This document shows, piece after piece, positions 1 to 10,500 of a stretch of DNA of 56,027 nucleotides (positions are counted from its first letter, which is position 1; the number at the start of each line of letters is the position of its first letter). Below the pieces are notes generated by a model. The model was not told where the DNA came from and did not search any database. It saw only the letters and a list, made by a program, of their open reading frames with translations. The stretch spans positions 1-56,027 of IMG/VR virus record IMGVR_UViG_3300037258_000287; one strand, given 5' to 3'. The DNA comes from a virus. Lineage: Duplodnaviria > Caudoviricetes. The position numbers were made by a program, and so were the translations under genes.

Positions 1-127
1 CGCCTCCTGCTTCCGGCGTCTTTGTCGCTGACCTCGGGGTAACGTACGCGGGCCTCGGAGACCTCGAAAAGGTGAATAGCGTGACGGCCGCCGGGCAGTA
101 TAGCGTCAACGCCTCAACCGGCGTCTA
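1..127 (+). repeat. Terminal overlap identical to 55901-56027 (assembly circularity)
   Basis: Base-for-base identity; falls inside the tail tube gene, whose frame continues across the junction. Confidence 0.95.
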
Positions 128-440
128 CACCTTCTTTTCCGCCGATGCCTCAGCCGCGGTGCTCATCAGCTATTCCTACACCACGACGGCCGGCGCGACT
201 TATCAGAATAACAACCAGGTGCAAGGCTACAGCCCGCAAATCGAGCTGTACGCGGTGGAAGATTATTCCAAAGCCCAGAACGCATCCGGCTCGCCTTCAG
301 TCGTCCATCTCTACGCCTGCAAGATCGGCAAAGTCACGTTCCCCTACAAGCGCACCGACTACAAGATGGTCGATATCGAGGGGCAGTATTTTGCAAGCGC
401 CAATGGCCGGGTTGTCGACTTCTACGCTGCCAACGGTTAA
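1..440 (+). CDS. Tail tube protein, 3' part (gene starts at 55543)
   Basis: ORF 72..440 is in frame with ATG 55543 across the junction (265 aa total); lies between tail terminator and tail chaperones. Confidence 0.8.
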   Translation, partial: PPASGVFVADLGVTYAGLGDLEKVNSVTAAGQYSVNASTGVYTFFSADASAAVLISYSYTTTAGATYQNNNQVQGYSPQIELYAVEDYSKAQNASGSPSVVHLYACKIGKVTFPYKRTDYKMVDIEGQYFASANGRVVDFYAANG

Positions 441-472
441 AGGGCAGCTTTCAAACTTTCAGGGGGCATTGA

Positions 473-856
473 ATGCAGGCAGAGATACTCAAAACAGAAT
501 CGCTCACCATTGACGGCGTCGACGTCGATGTCGAGACCGTCAAGGTGGGCAACCAGACGTTCCGCATCGGGCAACTCTCAGTTGGCCAGGTGCAAGCGAT
601 CATTGGCGGGGGCGCGGCGAGAGCGGCCGGGGGGTTCGATCCCACCACCGAAACCATCGCCCAATCGATCGAGGAAGCGCTGGAACCGAAGGACCGCGAA
701 AACCGGGACGCCACCACGGCTCGTATCGCAAAGCTGCGCCTTCCGGCCTACAATGCGCTCCACGCAGCGGTGGTCAAACTCGCCGGCCTCAAGAGTGCGA
801 CGGGGGAAGCCGGGGCGGCAGCGGGATCGACTTCAAATACCTCCGCGGCCGCCTGA
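473..856 (+). CDS. Tail assembly chaperone (gpG-like)
   Basis: Between tube and tape measure genes; slippery G GGG GAA near 3' end. Confidence 0.75.
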   Translation: MQAEILKTESLTIDGVDVDVETVKVGNQTFRIGQLSVGQVQAIIGGGAARAAGGFDPTTETIAQSIEEALEPKDRENRDATTARIAKLRLPAYNALHAAVVKLAGLKSATGEAGAAAGSTSNTSAAA

Positions 857-1149
857 TCAATTCGGGCTTCTGTTCCGGGCTCACGGTCAACCGCGTGAGG
901 TTTGCGCGAGCCATAGAGCAGTGGGAATTCTGGGAAAAGATCTGTCCTCCCATGCCTGAGATCGTAGCCGCATTCGCCGGCTGGGAACCGCCTCACGGGG
1001 CAGTGTCTCAATCAACCGAAGAGCAGATTGTCGCTGCCCGAGCCATGGGCGGCGCCGTACTGCCCTCATCCCACCTGCCGGAATTCATCCGCGCAGACCT
1101 TGCAGCGCGCCGACAGGCCGCTAATCCAAACCCTGACATCTCAGCCTGA
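802..1149 (+). CDS. Tail chaperone -1 frameshift extension (gpGT-like)
   Basis: GGGGGAA at 802-808; the -1 frame is open from there to 1149 (GSRGGSGIDFKYLRGRLINSG...WEFWEKICPP). Confidence 0.7.
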   Translation, partial: GGSRGGSGIDFKYLRGRLINSGFCSGLTVNRVRFARAIEQWEFWEKICPPMPEIVAAFAGWEPPHGAVSQSTEEQIVAARAMGGAVLPSSHLPEFIRADLAARRQAANPNPDISA

Positions 1150-1171
1150 AAGATCGAACGAATAGATTCGT

Positions 1172-4114
1172 ATGCCCGATAATGACGGAACAATTCGCGT
1201 AGGCACGCAAGTCGATACGTCCGGGCTGAAGGCTGGCTCATCCGAATCGAAGGCCATCACCAACGAACTGCTCGCTGACCTTAAGGCGCAATATGCCCAG
1301 GCCACGGCGGCGGTAAAGCAGGCCACTGCAAACATGGCCGAAGCCACGGCCTACATGGGGCAGTCGGCGCGGGCCGGGGTAACCGAAGCAGTAGCGGCGC
1401 TGAAGACTTACGAGCAGGAACTGCTCACCGCACAGCTAGCCCAGTCCCAAGTCAAAGCGTCGATGGATCTGGCGGTGACCGCTGCGCAAGCTGAGTCTGC
1501 CAGCCTCAATGAGTCTGCGGCAGCGGCCGGGAAGGACGCTGCGGCATCCCTTGAAGACGCCGTCGCTTCGGATCAACTGGCCTACAGCAAGCAAAGAGCA
1601 TCTCTAGCTGCGCGGGCACTCACCCAGGAGATCGGCGGCCCGATGTCCTTCGTTATCGGGCGCGTCGCAGGCGAAAGTGCCGCACTTGGGACGATCCTGG
1701 AAGCGGCATTTCCCGCCGTCGCCGCTGTGGCGTTGGGCGAGGTTCTATTCGAGGTAGCGGGGAAAGTAGAGGCACTGTACGACCGGTTCGTCCTGCTCAA
1801 GGAGATCGAAGAGGAAGTTGCAGCCATCGGAGAGCGTCTCGCCAAAGACACCCAGCGCGTGTGGGATGAGGTAGACAAGTCGATTGAAAAGCGCCTTCGC
1901 GATGAAGGAAAGTACGTTCAGGCCGCGCAGCACGCATTGACCGCCGTTTCTGCCAAGCCCATCGACCTCTCAAATATTCTCAAGACCGAAGAGATTGAGA
2001 AGAAGTTAAAGGACCTTCCGCACCAAGTCCAGGAGGATCTAAAAAAGGCTTTTGGAGGCGGCGTTGAACCCTACCAACTCGGGGAAAAACTGGAGTTCAT
2101 TAATCAGAAGCTCAAGGCTATCGACGAAGAGTCGCAGAAGGTAAAGCAGTCCTTCCAGTCACCGCCTGTTGCGCTTGGCGGATCGCCTGCCGCATCCCTT
2201 GGCGCAGCGAGCCCGCAAACCGAGAATGTCGCAACGAAGATGCTCGACGCGCAGCGGGCCATCTACAATGGCCTGCGAATTGACCTGGAGGCGCGGCAGA
2301 AGGAATATGCCCAACAGATCATCACGGGCAACGCCGATGTAGTGAAGGCCCACGCTGAAGAAGTCACCAAGGCCCAGGAAGCCGCGCGCAAGGCTCAGGC
2401 CGCTGAGCGAGCCATCGAAGAGGGAATACGCAAGGCCGATGAAGAAGCCCTCGCAGACCTGAAGGCCAGCCATCAACTCACCACGCAGGAAGAGATTACG
2501 TTCTGGCAGGAGCGTCTGGCCGATGAATCGCAATACTCCGATAGGGTCCGAGAAATCAAGCGGGCACTGGGGCGCGACTACCAGGAAATAGACCGGCAGG
2601 CTTACGCGCAGCGAGAGAAGGACGCGCGGGAGGGTGCTACCCGGCTTCTCGAAATTATCAACGAGGAAGCGAACGCAGCGCAGGAGACAGGCGGCAAGGC
2701 GGGAGAGCTTTCCTACCTCCAGGATGAGGCGCAGAAGCTGGCTGAGTCGCTCGTCGGTGGCGCGCAGGAAGCGGTTGCGGCCTACGACCGCGTAATGAAG
2801 CAGATTCCGGTAGTGACTCGGGAAGCGGCGGCGGAAGCCCAGCGCAACTTAAAAACCTCGGTAGACGAAATGTACGAGACCTGGGTGGGGTCGGGCAAGC
2901 GAACCATCGAGGAAATTACGGCGTTCTGGCAGGGAGTCCAGCGCACCTACTCAAAGAACGAAGCCCTGGTAAAAGAGTCCATCAAAAGGATAGCCGAAGA
3001 GCAGCAGAAGGCTATAGAACAGGCCCAAAAGCTTGCCAACCTGCGAATCAAAGGGCAAGAGGAAACTCAGGTTGGCGGCCTCGAACAGCAGCGCGCCGTC
3101 GTTGAGCGGGGAGCCGCACTCAATCCCGCATCGCAAACGACCGCCGGACGCGTCGCCGAAATGGAAGCAATGCGGCAGATTGACAAGCAGGAGTCTGATG
3201 CGAGAATTGCCGCTGAAGATCAGACCCTGAAGCAATTGGTGGAGTTCTATAAACAGAATTCCTCCGAGTACCAAGCCGAGCTGAGCAAGATGGCCACGGC
3301 CGCGACGTCTGGCGATCTTGTGGCCGTCGACGCCGCGCAGAAGCGCCTAAATGAGATGGTCGCGATTTACAAGCGCGACACTGCCGCGTATCAGGCCGAG
3401 CTGAACAAACGGAATCAACTAACGCAGCAGGCCGATCTGAAGCAGTATCAGGACACGACCAGGATTATCCAGGCGCAGCAGCAGGAGTGGAACTCGTTCT
3501 TCAACACCTTCAATAACGGTTTCACTCAAGCGATCAACAAGGCTCTCACCGGGCAGCAGAGCTTTGGAAAATCGATGCAGCAGCTCTACAACCAACTGGT
3601 AGAGCAGGCGATCACCTACGAAGCCAAAAAGTACCTGCTCGAACTTGAAGGCTTCCTGAAAAAGAAGATCCTCGGGACGCAGGTGGCGGCGGCGATGACG
3701 GCTTCGAATGTGGCGCAGGCGCAGAGCTATGCAGGCCTCGCTGCCACCACGGAATTTACATTTGCGCTTGCCGATTCCGCGGGCGATTTACCATATGCAA
3801 CCGCCATGGCCGGGGCCGCGCTTGGGATCGCGGAAAGTTACGCCAGCCTCGCGGCCTTCGAGCAGGGTACGAGCTACGTTCCCAACACCGGCATTGCCTT
3901 AGTTCACCAGGGCGAGCGAATCTCCTCAGCAGCCGACAACAAAAAGATCACGGAAGCCCTTTCCGGCGGTGGATCGAGCACACGCGGAGACACCAACTAC
4001 ACCCTGCACTACTCTCCCCAGTATCACGGCTCGACTCCCCCACCGAATCAACAAGCAGACGCCGCTCATATGCTGCGGCTCACACGGCAAGCTACCCTCG
4101 GACTCCACACTTAA
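1172..4114 (+). CDS. Tape measure protein
   Basis: 980 aa, Ala/Glu/Gln-rich helical; C-terminal FEQGTSYVPNTGIALVHQGERI motif; position after chaperones. Confidence 0.9.
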   Translation: MPDNDGTIRVGTQVDTSGLKAGSSESKAITNELLADLKAQYAQATAAVKQATANMAEATAYMGQSARAGVTEAVAALKTYEQELLTAQLAQSQVKASMDLAVTAAQAESASLNESAAAAGKDAAASLEDAVASDQLAYSKQRASLAARALTQEIGGPMSFVIGRVAGESAALGTILEAAFPAVAAVALGEVLFEVAGKVEALYDRFVLLKEIEEEVAAIGERLAKDTQRVWDEVDKSIEKRLRDEGKYVQAAQHALTAVSAKPIDLSNILKTEEIEKKLKDLPHQVQEDLKKAFGGGVEPYQLGEKLEFINQKLKAIDEESQKVKQSFQSPPVALGGSPAASLGAASPQTENVATKMLDAQRAIYNGLRIDLEARQKEYAQQIITGNADVVKAHAEEVTKAQEAARKAQAAERAIEEGIRKADEEALADLKASHQLTTQEEITFWQERLADESQYSDRVREIKRALGRDYQEIDRQAYAQREKDAREGATRLLEIINEEANAAQETGGKAGELSYLQDEAQKLAESLVGGAQEAVAAYDRVMKQIPVVTREAAAEAQRNLKTSVDEMYETWVGSGKRTIEEITAFWQGVQRTYSKNEALVKESIKRIAEEQQKAIEQAQKLANLRIKGQEETQVGGLEQQRAVVERGAALNPASQTTAGRVAEMEAMRQIDKQESDARIAAEDQTLKQLVEFYKQNSSEYQAELSKMATAATSGDLVAVDAAQKRLNEMVAIYKRDTAAYQAELNKRNQLTQQADLKQYQDTTRIIQAQQQEWNSFFNTFNNGFTQAINKALTGQQSFGKSMQQLYNQLVEQAITYEAKKYLLELEGFLKKKILGTQVAAAMTASNVAQAQSYAGLAATTEFTFALADSAGDLPYATAMAGAALGIAESYASLAAFEQGTSYVPNTGIALVHQGERISSAADNKKITEALSGGGSSTRGDTNYTLHYSPQYHGSTPPPNQQADAAHMLRLTRQATLGLHT

Positions 4115-4755
4115 TGAAACCGTTTTATCAGCGGGATGGAATCACAATTTACTGCGGAGACTCTCTGGAATTGGTGGATGAGTTGCGGGGGGGGGCTGAC
4201 CTCTTGCTTTCGGACCCTCCCTACGGCATCGGGTTTGATACCGATTACACGCGATTCGTCAATGCGCGCAGCGTGTGTCCGGGTAAGACCTACCCGCCAG
4301 TGCATGGCGACGGCGTGGCGTTCGATCCCTCTCCCTGGCTTGACTTCCCCAAAGTCGCGCTGTTTGGCGCTAACTGCTTTTTCAATCGTCTGCCGGCCGG
4401 CAGGCTGATCGTCTGGGACAAGCGCTTTGCAAGTGGGAAGGCGTTCCGCGCCGATGCCGAGATTGCCTGGATGAAGGGCGGATACGGCATCTACATTTAT
4501 GCCGAGACCGCGCAGGGATTCGTCCGTAAGGAACCGGCGCAGCATCCCACCCAAAAGCCAGTGGGCCTGATGCGATTTTGCATTGAAAAGGCGCGGCCAA
4601 AGAAGGGGATTTTAGATCCCTACATGGGCAGCGGATCAACCCTGGTCGCAGCGCATCAGCTCGGCATCCCGGCAGTTGGTATCGAGATCGAAGCCCGCTA
4701 CTGCGAAATTGCAGCCCAGCGCCTGGAGCAATCCGCGAGCAGGAAAGCTGCATGA
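4114..4755 (+). CDS. N4-C/N6-A DNA methyltransferase (beta class)
   Basis: DPPY, HPTQKP and LDPYMGSGST motifs in beta order. Confidence 0.9.
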   Translation: MKPFYQRDGITIYCGDSLELVDELRGGADLLLSDPPYGIGFDTDYTRFVNARSVCPGKTYPPVHGDGVAFDPSPWLDFPKVALFGANCFFNRLPAGRLIVWDKRFASGKAFRADAEIAWMKGGYGIYIYAETAQGFVRKEPAQHPTQKPVGLMRFCIEKARPKKGILDPYMGSGSTLVAAHQLGIPAVGIEIEARYCEIAAQRLEQSASRKAA

Positions 4756-5684
4756 GAGCCGTAATCAATGGCGCGGGAAACAATGTCGCTTCCGCCTACA
4801 TCAACTGGGTTTCCCGGCGGCAAACCATCTTTCCGGCGGATCTCTATCTGATCGGCTACCCGGAAGATCCGCAAGCTCTGTGGTTGACCAACTGGCAGGC
4901 GCCGCTCAACTGGAAGCCCTGGGGCACATTCTACCCGGCAACCATTTCGCGGGGGACGGTCACCACGAAAATAGGGCTCGATGTCCAGACGCTCGATATC
5001 ACCTGGACTCCGAAAGTAACTCCCTACCGGCAATCGATAGCTGCGGCAAATGCTCAGACTCGTCTCGCAGCAGGCTACTACGACAACCTGCCGGTAAGAG
5101 TGTGGAGCGTGTACATGCCTTCACCGGGAGATGCGAACACGTTTGGAGCATCGGAGCTTTTCGGCGGAAGGCTGGGGAAAGCAAACTCAGATAGGGGCGC
5201 GGTGAAGTGGAACGCATCGTCATTTTTGGATGTGATTTCGCAGAATGTGCCGACGAACCTTATCGAGGTGTTGAACACTGGCGCGGCGTATGCGGGCGCT
5301 TCCCCACCGGCGGGCTTCAGCAGCATTCCGCAGTTCAACGTGATCGCAGGCAGTTCGCCGAACGTGCTGGTTTTGGATGCTCCCGGCAACGGCGACATCC
5401 CAGCGCATCATATCTTCGGCACTAACGTCTTGCAGCATGGGTTCGTGGCGTTCAATTACGGGACAAACTCAACGCTCGGCGGGGTGTGGTCTGCAATCCA
5501 GCAGAATATTCAGGTGACCATCGGCAGCACAAATTACAACCAGGTGGTGCTGTACGCGCCGCTCCCGTGGGTGCCGACGCCGGGTGTCGATACCTGTTAT
5601 ATCAGCGCGGCGAGCCCGATCAACGCTTCAGACGGGGAGTATTTCGGCTTTCCCTATGTCCCAAGTCCCCTTACCAGCGCGTGA
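4752..5684 (+). CDS. Baseplate hub-like protein (DUF2163/GTA-type)
   Basis: KIGLDVQTLDI segment and C-terminal FGFPYVPSP; precedes NlpC/P60 and tail tip. Confidence 0.7.
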   Translation: MRAVINGAGNNVASAYINWVSRRQTIFPADLYLIGYPEDPQALWLTNWQAPLNWKPWGTFYPATISRGTVTTKIGLDVQTLDITWTPKVTPYRQSIAAANAQTRLAAGYYDNLPVRVWSVYMPSPGDANTFGASELFGGRLGKANSDRGAVKWNASSFLDVISQNVPTNLIEVLNTGAAYAGASPPAGFSSIPQFNVIAGSSPNVLVLDAPGNGDIPAHHIFGTNVLQHGFVAFNYGTNSTLGGVWSAIQQNIQVTIGSTNYNQVVLYAPLPWVPTPGVDTCYISAASPINASDGEYFGFPYVPSPLTSA

Positions 5685-5730
5685 AGTACTCCATCGCCGA
5701 AACCGGCGGTAAAGGCCTGCATCGCCAGAT

Positions 5731-6600
5731 TTAGCGAGCCTGCCCCGTCTTTTCTGGCGATGCCTCCAGGATCGCTGACATAAGCGCTTGACGTTTGAGC
5801 GGCGGCATACCGGCAAGCCGGGCCTTCCACCGGGCCTTCATCTTTTTCATTTTCTCGCGCTCCCGGAAATTCTCCCCAAGATACCGGTAGTCGTGAAGTT
5901 CCACCGGCTTGGGATAGTTGTACCAGAGGCACTCCGTGGCGCGCTTGTTGCCCCGCGTCGTCACCTCGAATTGCAGCAAGTTCCAGCCCGGCAGGCCGTC
6001 GCGGTACATCTGGGAGTCGTAGCCCGAAATCATCACGCGAGCCTTCATCTTCCGGATGACTCGCAATAAATGGCGATGATCCCGATCGGGCATTTCATAT
6101 TCGTATAGCCGGCAGGTCCGCGTGCTCATCAAGTAGGGCGGGTCGCAGTAGACCAGCTCGGTTCCCCGGAAGTCGTAGGACTCCAGGAACTCGATGCCAT
6201 CGCCGCGCTTGATGGTGAGCGATCGCGGATCCAGCATCGCCGGAAATACCGGGCGCCGCCGGCGCGTATCCCCAGAAACGTCGATTCTGCCGGCGGCATC
6301 GCCGGAAATGGAGAGCGCGGCCGTAATCGCCGCGGATGGCGAGGCCACCAGGTTGGGACTCCATCCGTGCGAGATGCGGGAAAACGCCGCTGCAGGATCG
6401 ATCTTTCCGGCGAGTAGCGATCGCCATTCGTGGATTACCTCGGAAGACAGGTCGATGCCGATCGTCTTTTCGGCTGCGCGCTTCAACCGCAATATCGAGC
6501 CACTCCCCAGGAAGGGTTCGATGTAAATATCGTGCGGCGGCATGAGGTTGATTAGCCGCCAATAAGTACCGCACCAGCTCTTTCCGCCCGGATAAACCAT
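5731..6600 (-). CDS. DNA adenine methyltransferase (Dam/D12-like, alpha class) with internal insertion
   Basis: YPGGK, EPFLGSGS and DPPY motifs; about 65-aa low-complexity insert; basic C-terminal extension. Confidence 0.9.
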   Translation of the reverse strand: MVYPGGKSWCGTYWRLINLMPPHDIYIEPFLGSGSILRLKRAAEKTIGIDLSSEVIHEWRSLLAGKIDPAAAFSRISHGWSPNLVASPSAAITAALSISGDAAGRIDVSGDTRRRRPVFPAMLDPRSLTIKRGDGIEFLESYDFRGTELVYCDPPYLMSTRTCRLYEYEMPDRDHRHLLRVIRKMKARVMISGYDSQMYRDGLPGWNLLQFEVTTRGNKRATECLWYNYPKPVELHDYRYLGENFREREKMKKMKARWKARLAGMPPLKRQALMSAILEASPEKTGQAR

Positions 6601-7219
6601 GGATCCACTATCGCCAGAATCGGCGAGGCTGTCAAGCGCGCTCGGATCCGGTATCGCCGAAGATGGCGTGCCGGCCTCGAGGTCCGCGCGTCCGATGCCG
6701 GAATCTCTCTCCGCGCCTGCAGAATGTATCGCCGAAAATGGCGCGCCGGCCTCGAGGTGCGCACTTGTTACCGAGGCGCGCTCATGGGTTGGGACTCCCT
6801 ACCGTCGCCGCGCCATGGTGAAGGGAGCAGGGGCAGACTGCGCGTCGTTTTTGCTGGGCTGCCTTACTAATTCCGGCCTCGTATCAATCGCAGACGCCCG
6901 CGACGAGCTGCGCCACGTTTTCTCGGACGACTGGTTCGCGCATGCGAAAGACGAACAATACAAGCTGCGAGTGCTGCGCCATGCGGAACTGCTCTGCGAA
7001 TCGGTAGCCTACCGGACATCGGAAATTCAACCGGGGAACTTGCTGCTCATAAAGACTTCGGGATCGCAGCGGTATAACCACGGAGGAATTGTAGTTGCAT
7101 GGCCGCGCATCGTGCATGCCGTGCATCCGTGTGTCGAGGAAGTGGACGCTTCGCGGCATCCGATGTGGGCAGGTAAGCAGCTCGCAGTGTTCGACCCGTT
7201 CAGGCGGCAACATCCCTGA
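6599..7219 (+). CDS. NlpC/P60 tail peptidase (start may be 6695)
   Basis: ARSWVGTPY...GADCASF...HGGIV...IVHA motifs. Confidence 0.88.
   Translation: MDPLSPESARLSSALGSGIAEDGVPASRSARPMPESLSAPAECIAENGAPASRCALVTEARSWVGTPYRRRAMVKGAGADCASFLLGCLTNSGLVSIADARDELRHVFSDDWFAHAKDEQYKLRVLRHAELLCESVAYRTSEIQPGNLLLIKTSGSQRYNHGGIVVAWPRIVHAVHPCVEEVDASRHPMWAGKQLAVFDPFRRQHP
6607..6635 (-). promoter_or_regulatory. Sigma70 promoter of the MTase (leaderless)
   Basis: Minus strand TTGACA-17 bp-GATAGT, then 6 nt to the ATG at 6600. Confidence 0.75.
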
Positions 7220-7523
7220 CGGGCAGGATCTTCCCCGCTGGCCGTACCATCAGCTTGCGTCTGCCCGGCCTGAGTTGGAAGCTGGCAGATTTGATCACAA
7301 ATACAGGGCGGGGCCACGGGTTTAGTCCTGGTTCCAACTCCGTGTACCAGATTCTCACCTTACCCCGAGCGTCGGAAAATTCGTAGACGGCCTCTTTCGA
7401 CAGAGGGATAAAGCGGTACTGTCCTCGGGACGGTCGCACCCTGACGGCGACGAGCGGCTCATCAAATATCAGGCCGTCGCGCTGCCTCTCGATCGTTACC
7501 CCAAGGTCCTGGAACTTTTGCAT
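7200..7523 (-). CDS. Hypothetical protein, antisense insert in tail operon
   Basis: 107-aa ORF filling the gap between NlpC and tail tip. Confidence 0.45.
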   Translation of the reverse strand: MQKFQDLGVTIERQRDGLIFDEPLVAVRVRPSRGQYRFIPLSKEAVYEFSDARGKVRIWYTELEPGLNPWPRPVFVIKSASFQLRPGRRKLMVRPAGKILPVRDVAA

Positions 7524-7528
7524 ATCTC

Positions 7529-10500
7529 ATGTTAGGCGCAAAGTCGCAGTCTTCCATTCGCCCGATAGCCCTGGGTGCAACAGTCCAAAGCTCGACCTAT
7601 GGGCAAACGATCCCGCTTATCTATGGAAGATGTCTGGGCGCAATTTACCTGACCTGGAATGCGAACTTACGGCAGGGCAGCAGCACAAAGAAGCTGAAGA
7701 AAATCCTCACCCTCGGGAAAAAGGGCGGACCCTCGTACGTTCAAAACACGACGCTGTTGTTGGGCCACAATCCCATCGCCGCAGCGCTGCAATTCTGGAT
7801 CAACCAGAATCAGCAACTGCCGCTCAATTTCACGAGCGTTTCTTCGACGCACGCGGCGGGCTCGGCTTCCTCGATCACAGTCTCGGACTCGAATTTCTAC
7901 CGCATCTTGGGGGTGACGCTCACCGCCTCTTATAGCGAGACGTTCAACGATTATGGAAGCCAGGGAAGCCGGACAGTTTCAGGGACGTACGAAATTCCGC
8001 TCTGGAACACGGCATACAACGGGCCGGACCCAACAGCTTCATCCGGCATCCGCTATTTCCCCTACACGTACTACTGGCTGCCGGGGTCCGGCGCAACGAT
8101 TCAGATTCCCAACTGCGCACTGGGACTGATCGGCGGGCAATTCAACATCTACTATGCCCAGCTCGACCCCGGCGGATCCTCGCAGTATTCCAAAAACAAC
8201 GGCAACACCGATGTGCCGATAGCCTCGCTGCGGCTGACCTTCGAACCAGTGCTGGGAGATGGCCCGGAATATTCGGGCTACACCTCGCAGCAGATTCTGT
8301 ACCCCCACTACGCCGGGATGGGCAGCCCTGACCTCGACATGGGAGCCTCGGACACCATGCCGGTGATCGTGCCTGAAGTGCTGGGCTCCTTTCCGGTTTA
8401 TGCGACAGGCGACGCAGACCACGCGGACATGGCCGAGGACATCTTCAAGGCCGGACCCACACAAGCAGGCTTCGGCAGCGAGAATCCATACTCTGAAATC
8501 CAGCATGGCCTCGGATGCTGCGATTACCCCGGCTGCATCCAGACCAAGATTGCGAACTCGGCATCCAGCTTTTCACAGGCGACTTACGATCTGCCGAACA
8601 CTGCCGGTAATCCGCTGGTGGTGGCTGCTCAGATGGGCTCGGGCTCTCTTTCGATCTCAAGCAGCAATGGCGAGACCTGGACCTCGGTTATCAGCGGGTC
8701 AGGCTATGCAGTGTGGCGCACGATTGCGAACGGAGGAAGCGGCGCGCTGAACCAGATCACTATCTCTCCAGCGGGGGCCGGGACTCTCATTCTGATGGAG
8801 CCGGCGGGCGTCGACACGTACGACACCGCGGCCTCATTGAGCGCTACGACATCATTTGGCAACCAGACCAATGTGCCGTTTTCGACCTCGGGAGTGCAGA
8901 CGCGGCCCGAATATTCGCTGGGCATCGTGATCTATCCGCAGTCGAACCCCGCACTCCCGGTTTCCCCTCAGTGGAACAGCCAGGTGAGCATTGCAAACCT
9001 CGGCATCTCGGTTCAGTGCCGCACGACGTTCGTTCCCAATAGCTTCAATTTCCCGGTTCAGATGCCGGCAGGATCTGGGCCTCTCGCGTGGGATGCGTGC
9101 GTGATCGCGTTCTCTTGCTCCCAGCCCCCAGCGTACGCGAAGCCCCTCGGCAACATCCTGGAGCCTACGACGCTTGCCCTGACGTGGGCGCAGGACCGGG
9201 CAAACGGCCTGTACGGCAGCTACTTTATCGACTCGCAGAAGACGGCCTCGGATATTCTCACCGACCTCTGCCAGGCGATGAATTGCGCACCGGTGTGGGC
9301 GGGCTTTCAGTTGCAGCTCATCCCCATGAGCGAAGTTTCAGCAGTAGGCAACGGAGCAACGTACATCGCGCCCACCGCGGCGGGCCCCATCGTCAATCTG
9401 CGGGAGGAAGACTTCATTTTCGCGGCAGGCGACGCGCCGGTGTCGCTGGAACGCACTCCGCAGCCGATGATTCCCAATCTGCTGCAAGTCCAGCATCCCA
9501 ACCGCGCCTCAGAGTATAACGACGTGCTGGTGTCGCAGCCCGAAACCGCGTCGATTGCGCTGCTCGGGCCGAGGAAGGCGTCGCCCAAACAACTGCGCAT
9601 GATCCAGGATGTAGCGATTTCTCGCATGATCTTGGGCATCATGATCCAGCGGGCGAACTACCTGCGGAACGTCTACAAGTTCAAATTGAACGCGAGATGG
9701 AAACCCCTGCTGCCGATGGACCTGATCACCATCCCGCTATCAGCGACGATGCCGAATCCCGGCGGCATCCCGACCACCACGATAACCGTCCCGTTGCGGC
9801 TCACCTCCATCGCAGAGGACGACAAATACAATCTCGATTGCCAGGCGGAGCCCTTTATTTACGGCTGCTCGGCTCCCGTCCCGGTATCGATCACCAACCC
9901 GACGCCGAATATCCCGCAAGTGGGAGCATCACCGGGCAGTGTGAATACGCCGGTTTTTCTCGAGCCCGTGCCCCGTTTGGCAGGCACATCGGTTGCTCAG
10001 CTCTGGATGGCAGTCTCGGCGGCCAGCACAGTCTATGGCGGGTGCCTCGTCTATCTCTCGACAGACGGCGGCAACTCCTACAACCAGGTGGCGACGATCC
10101 AGGGCAATGCGATCACCGGCTACACGGTGGGCGATTGGCCGGCGCATGCGGACCCGGACACCACCAATAACTTGAGCGTCGATTTGACCGAATCAAACGG
10201 CGTGCTGTCGAGCTATCAGACCGCAGACCGTGACAATTTCGTCTATCCCTGCTACGTCGCAGGAGGCGTTACAGCCTGCCCGTACGAGCTGATGACGTAC
10301 AACACGGCGACGCTCACCGCGACGTCGAAATACACCCTCGAAGCCACAGGATCAGGAAACGAATTGCGGCGGGCAGTGTTCGGCGCGCCGGCAGCTTTGA
10401 ACGGCGTCGACCATCCGAACAACTCGCGATTCGCTTTCCTCGGGCCGCAGGGACCAGGGCTAGCGAAATTGACCATGGACCCGCTGTGGATTGGCAAGAC

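Larger units (their letters stand above)
5693..6745. repeat. Cluster of about 10 imperfect 18-bp palindromes, consensus ATCGCC-N6-GGCGAT
   Basis: Copies at 5693, 5721, 5744(-), 6060(-), 6236, 6268, 6298, 6326, 6610, 6653, 6728; the last two sit in a longer ~35-bp direct repeat. Confidence 0.8.

Noticed and set aside
5693-6745. CRISPR array
   Set aside because: Repeats are short, degenerate, irregularly spaced and in mixed orientation; no cas genes
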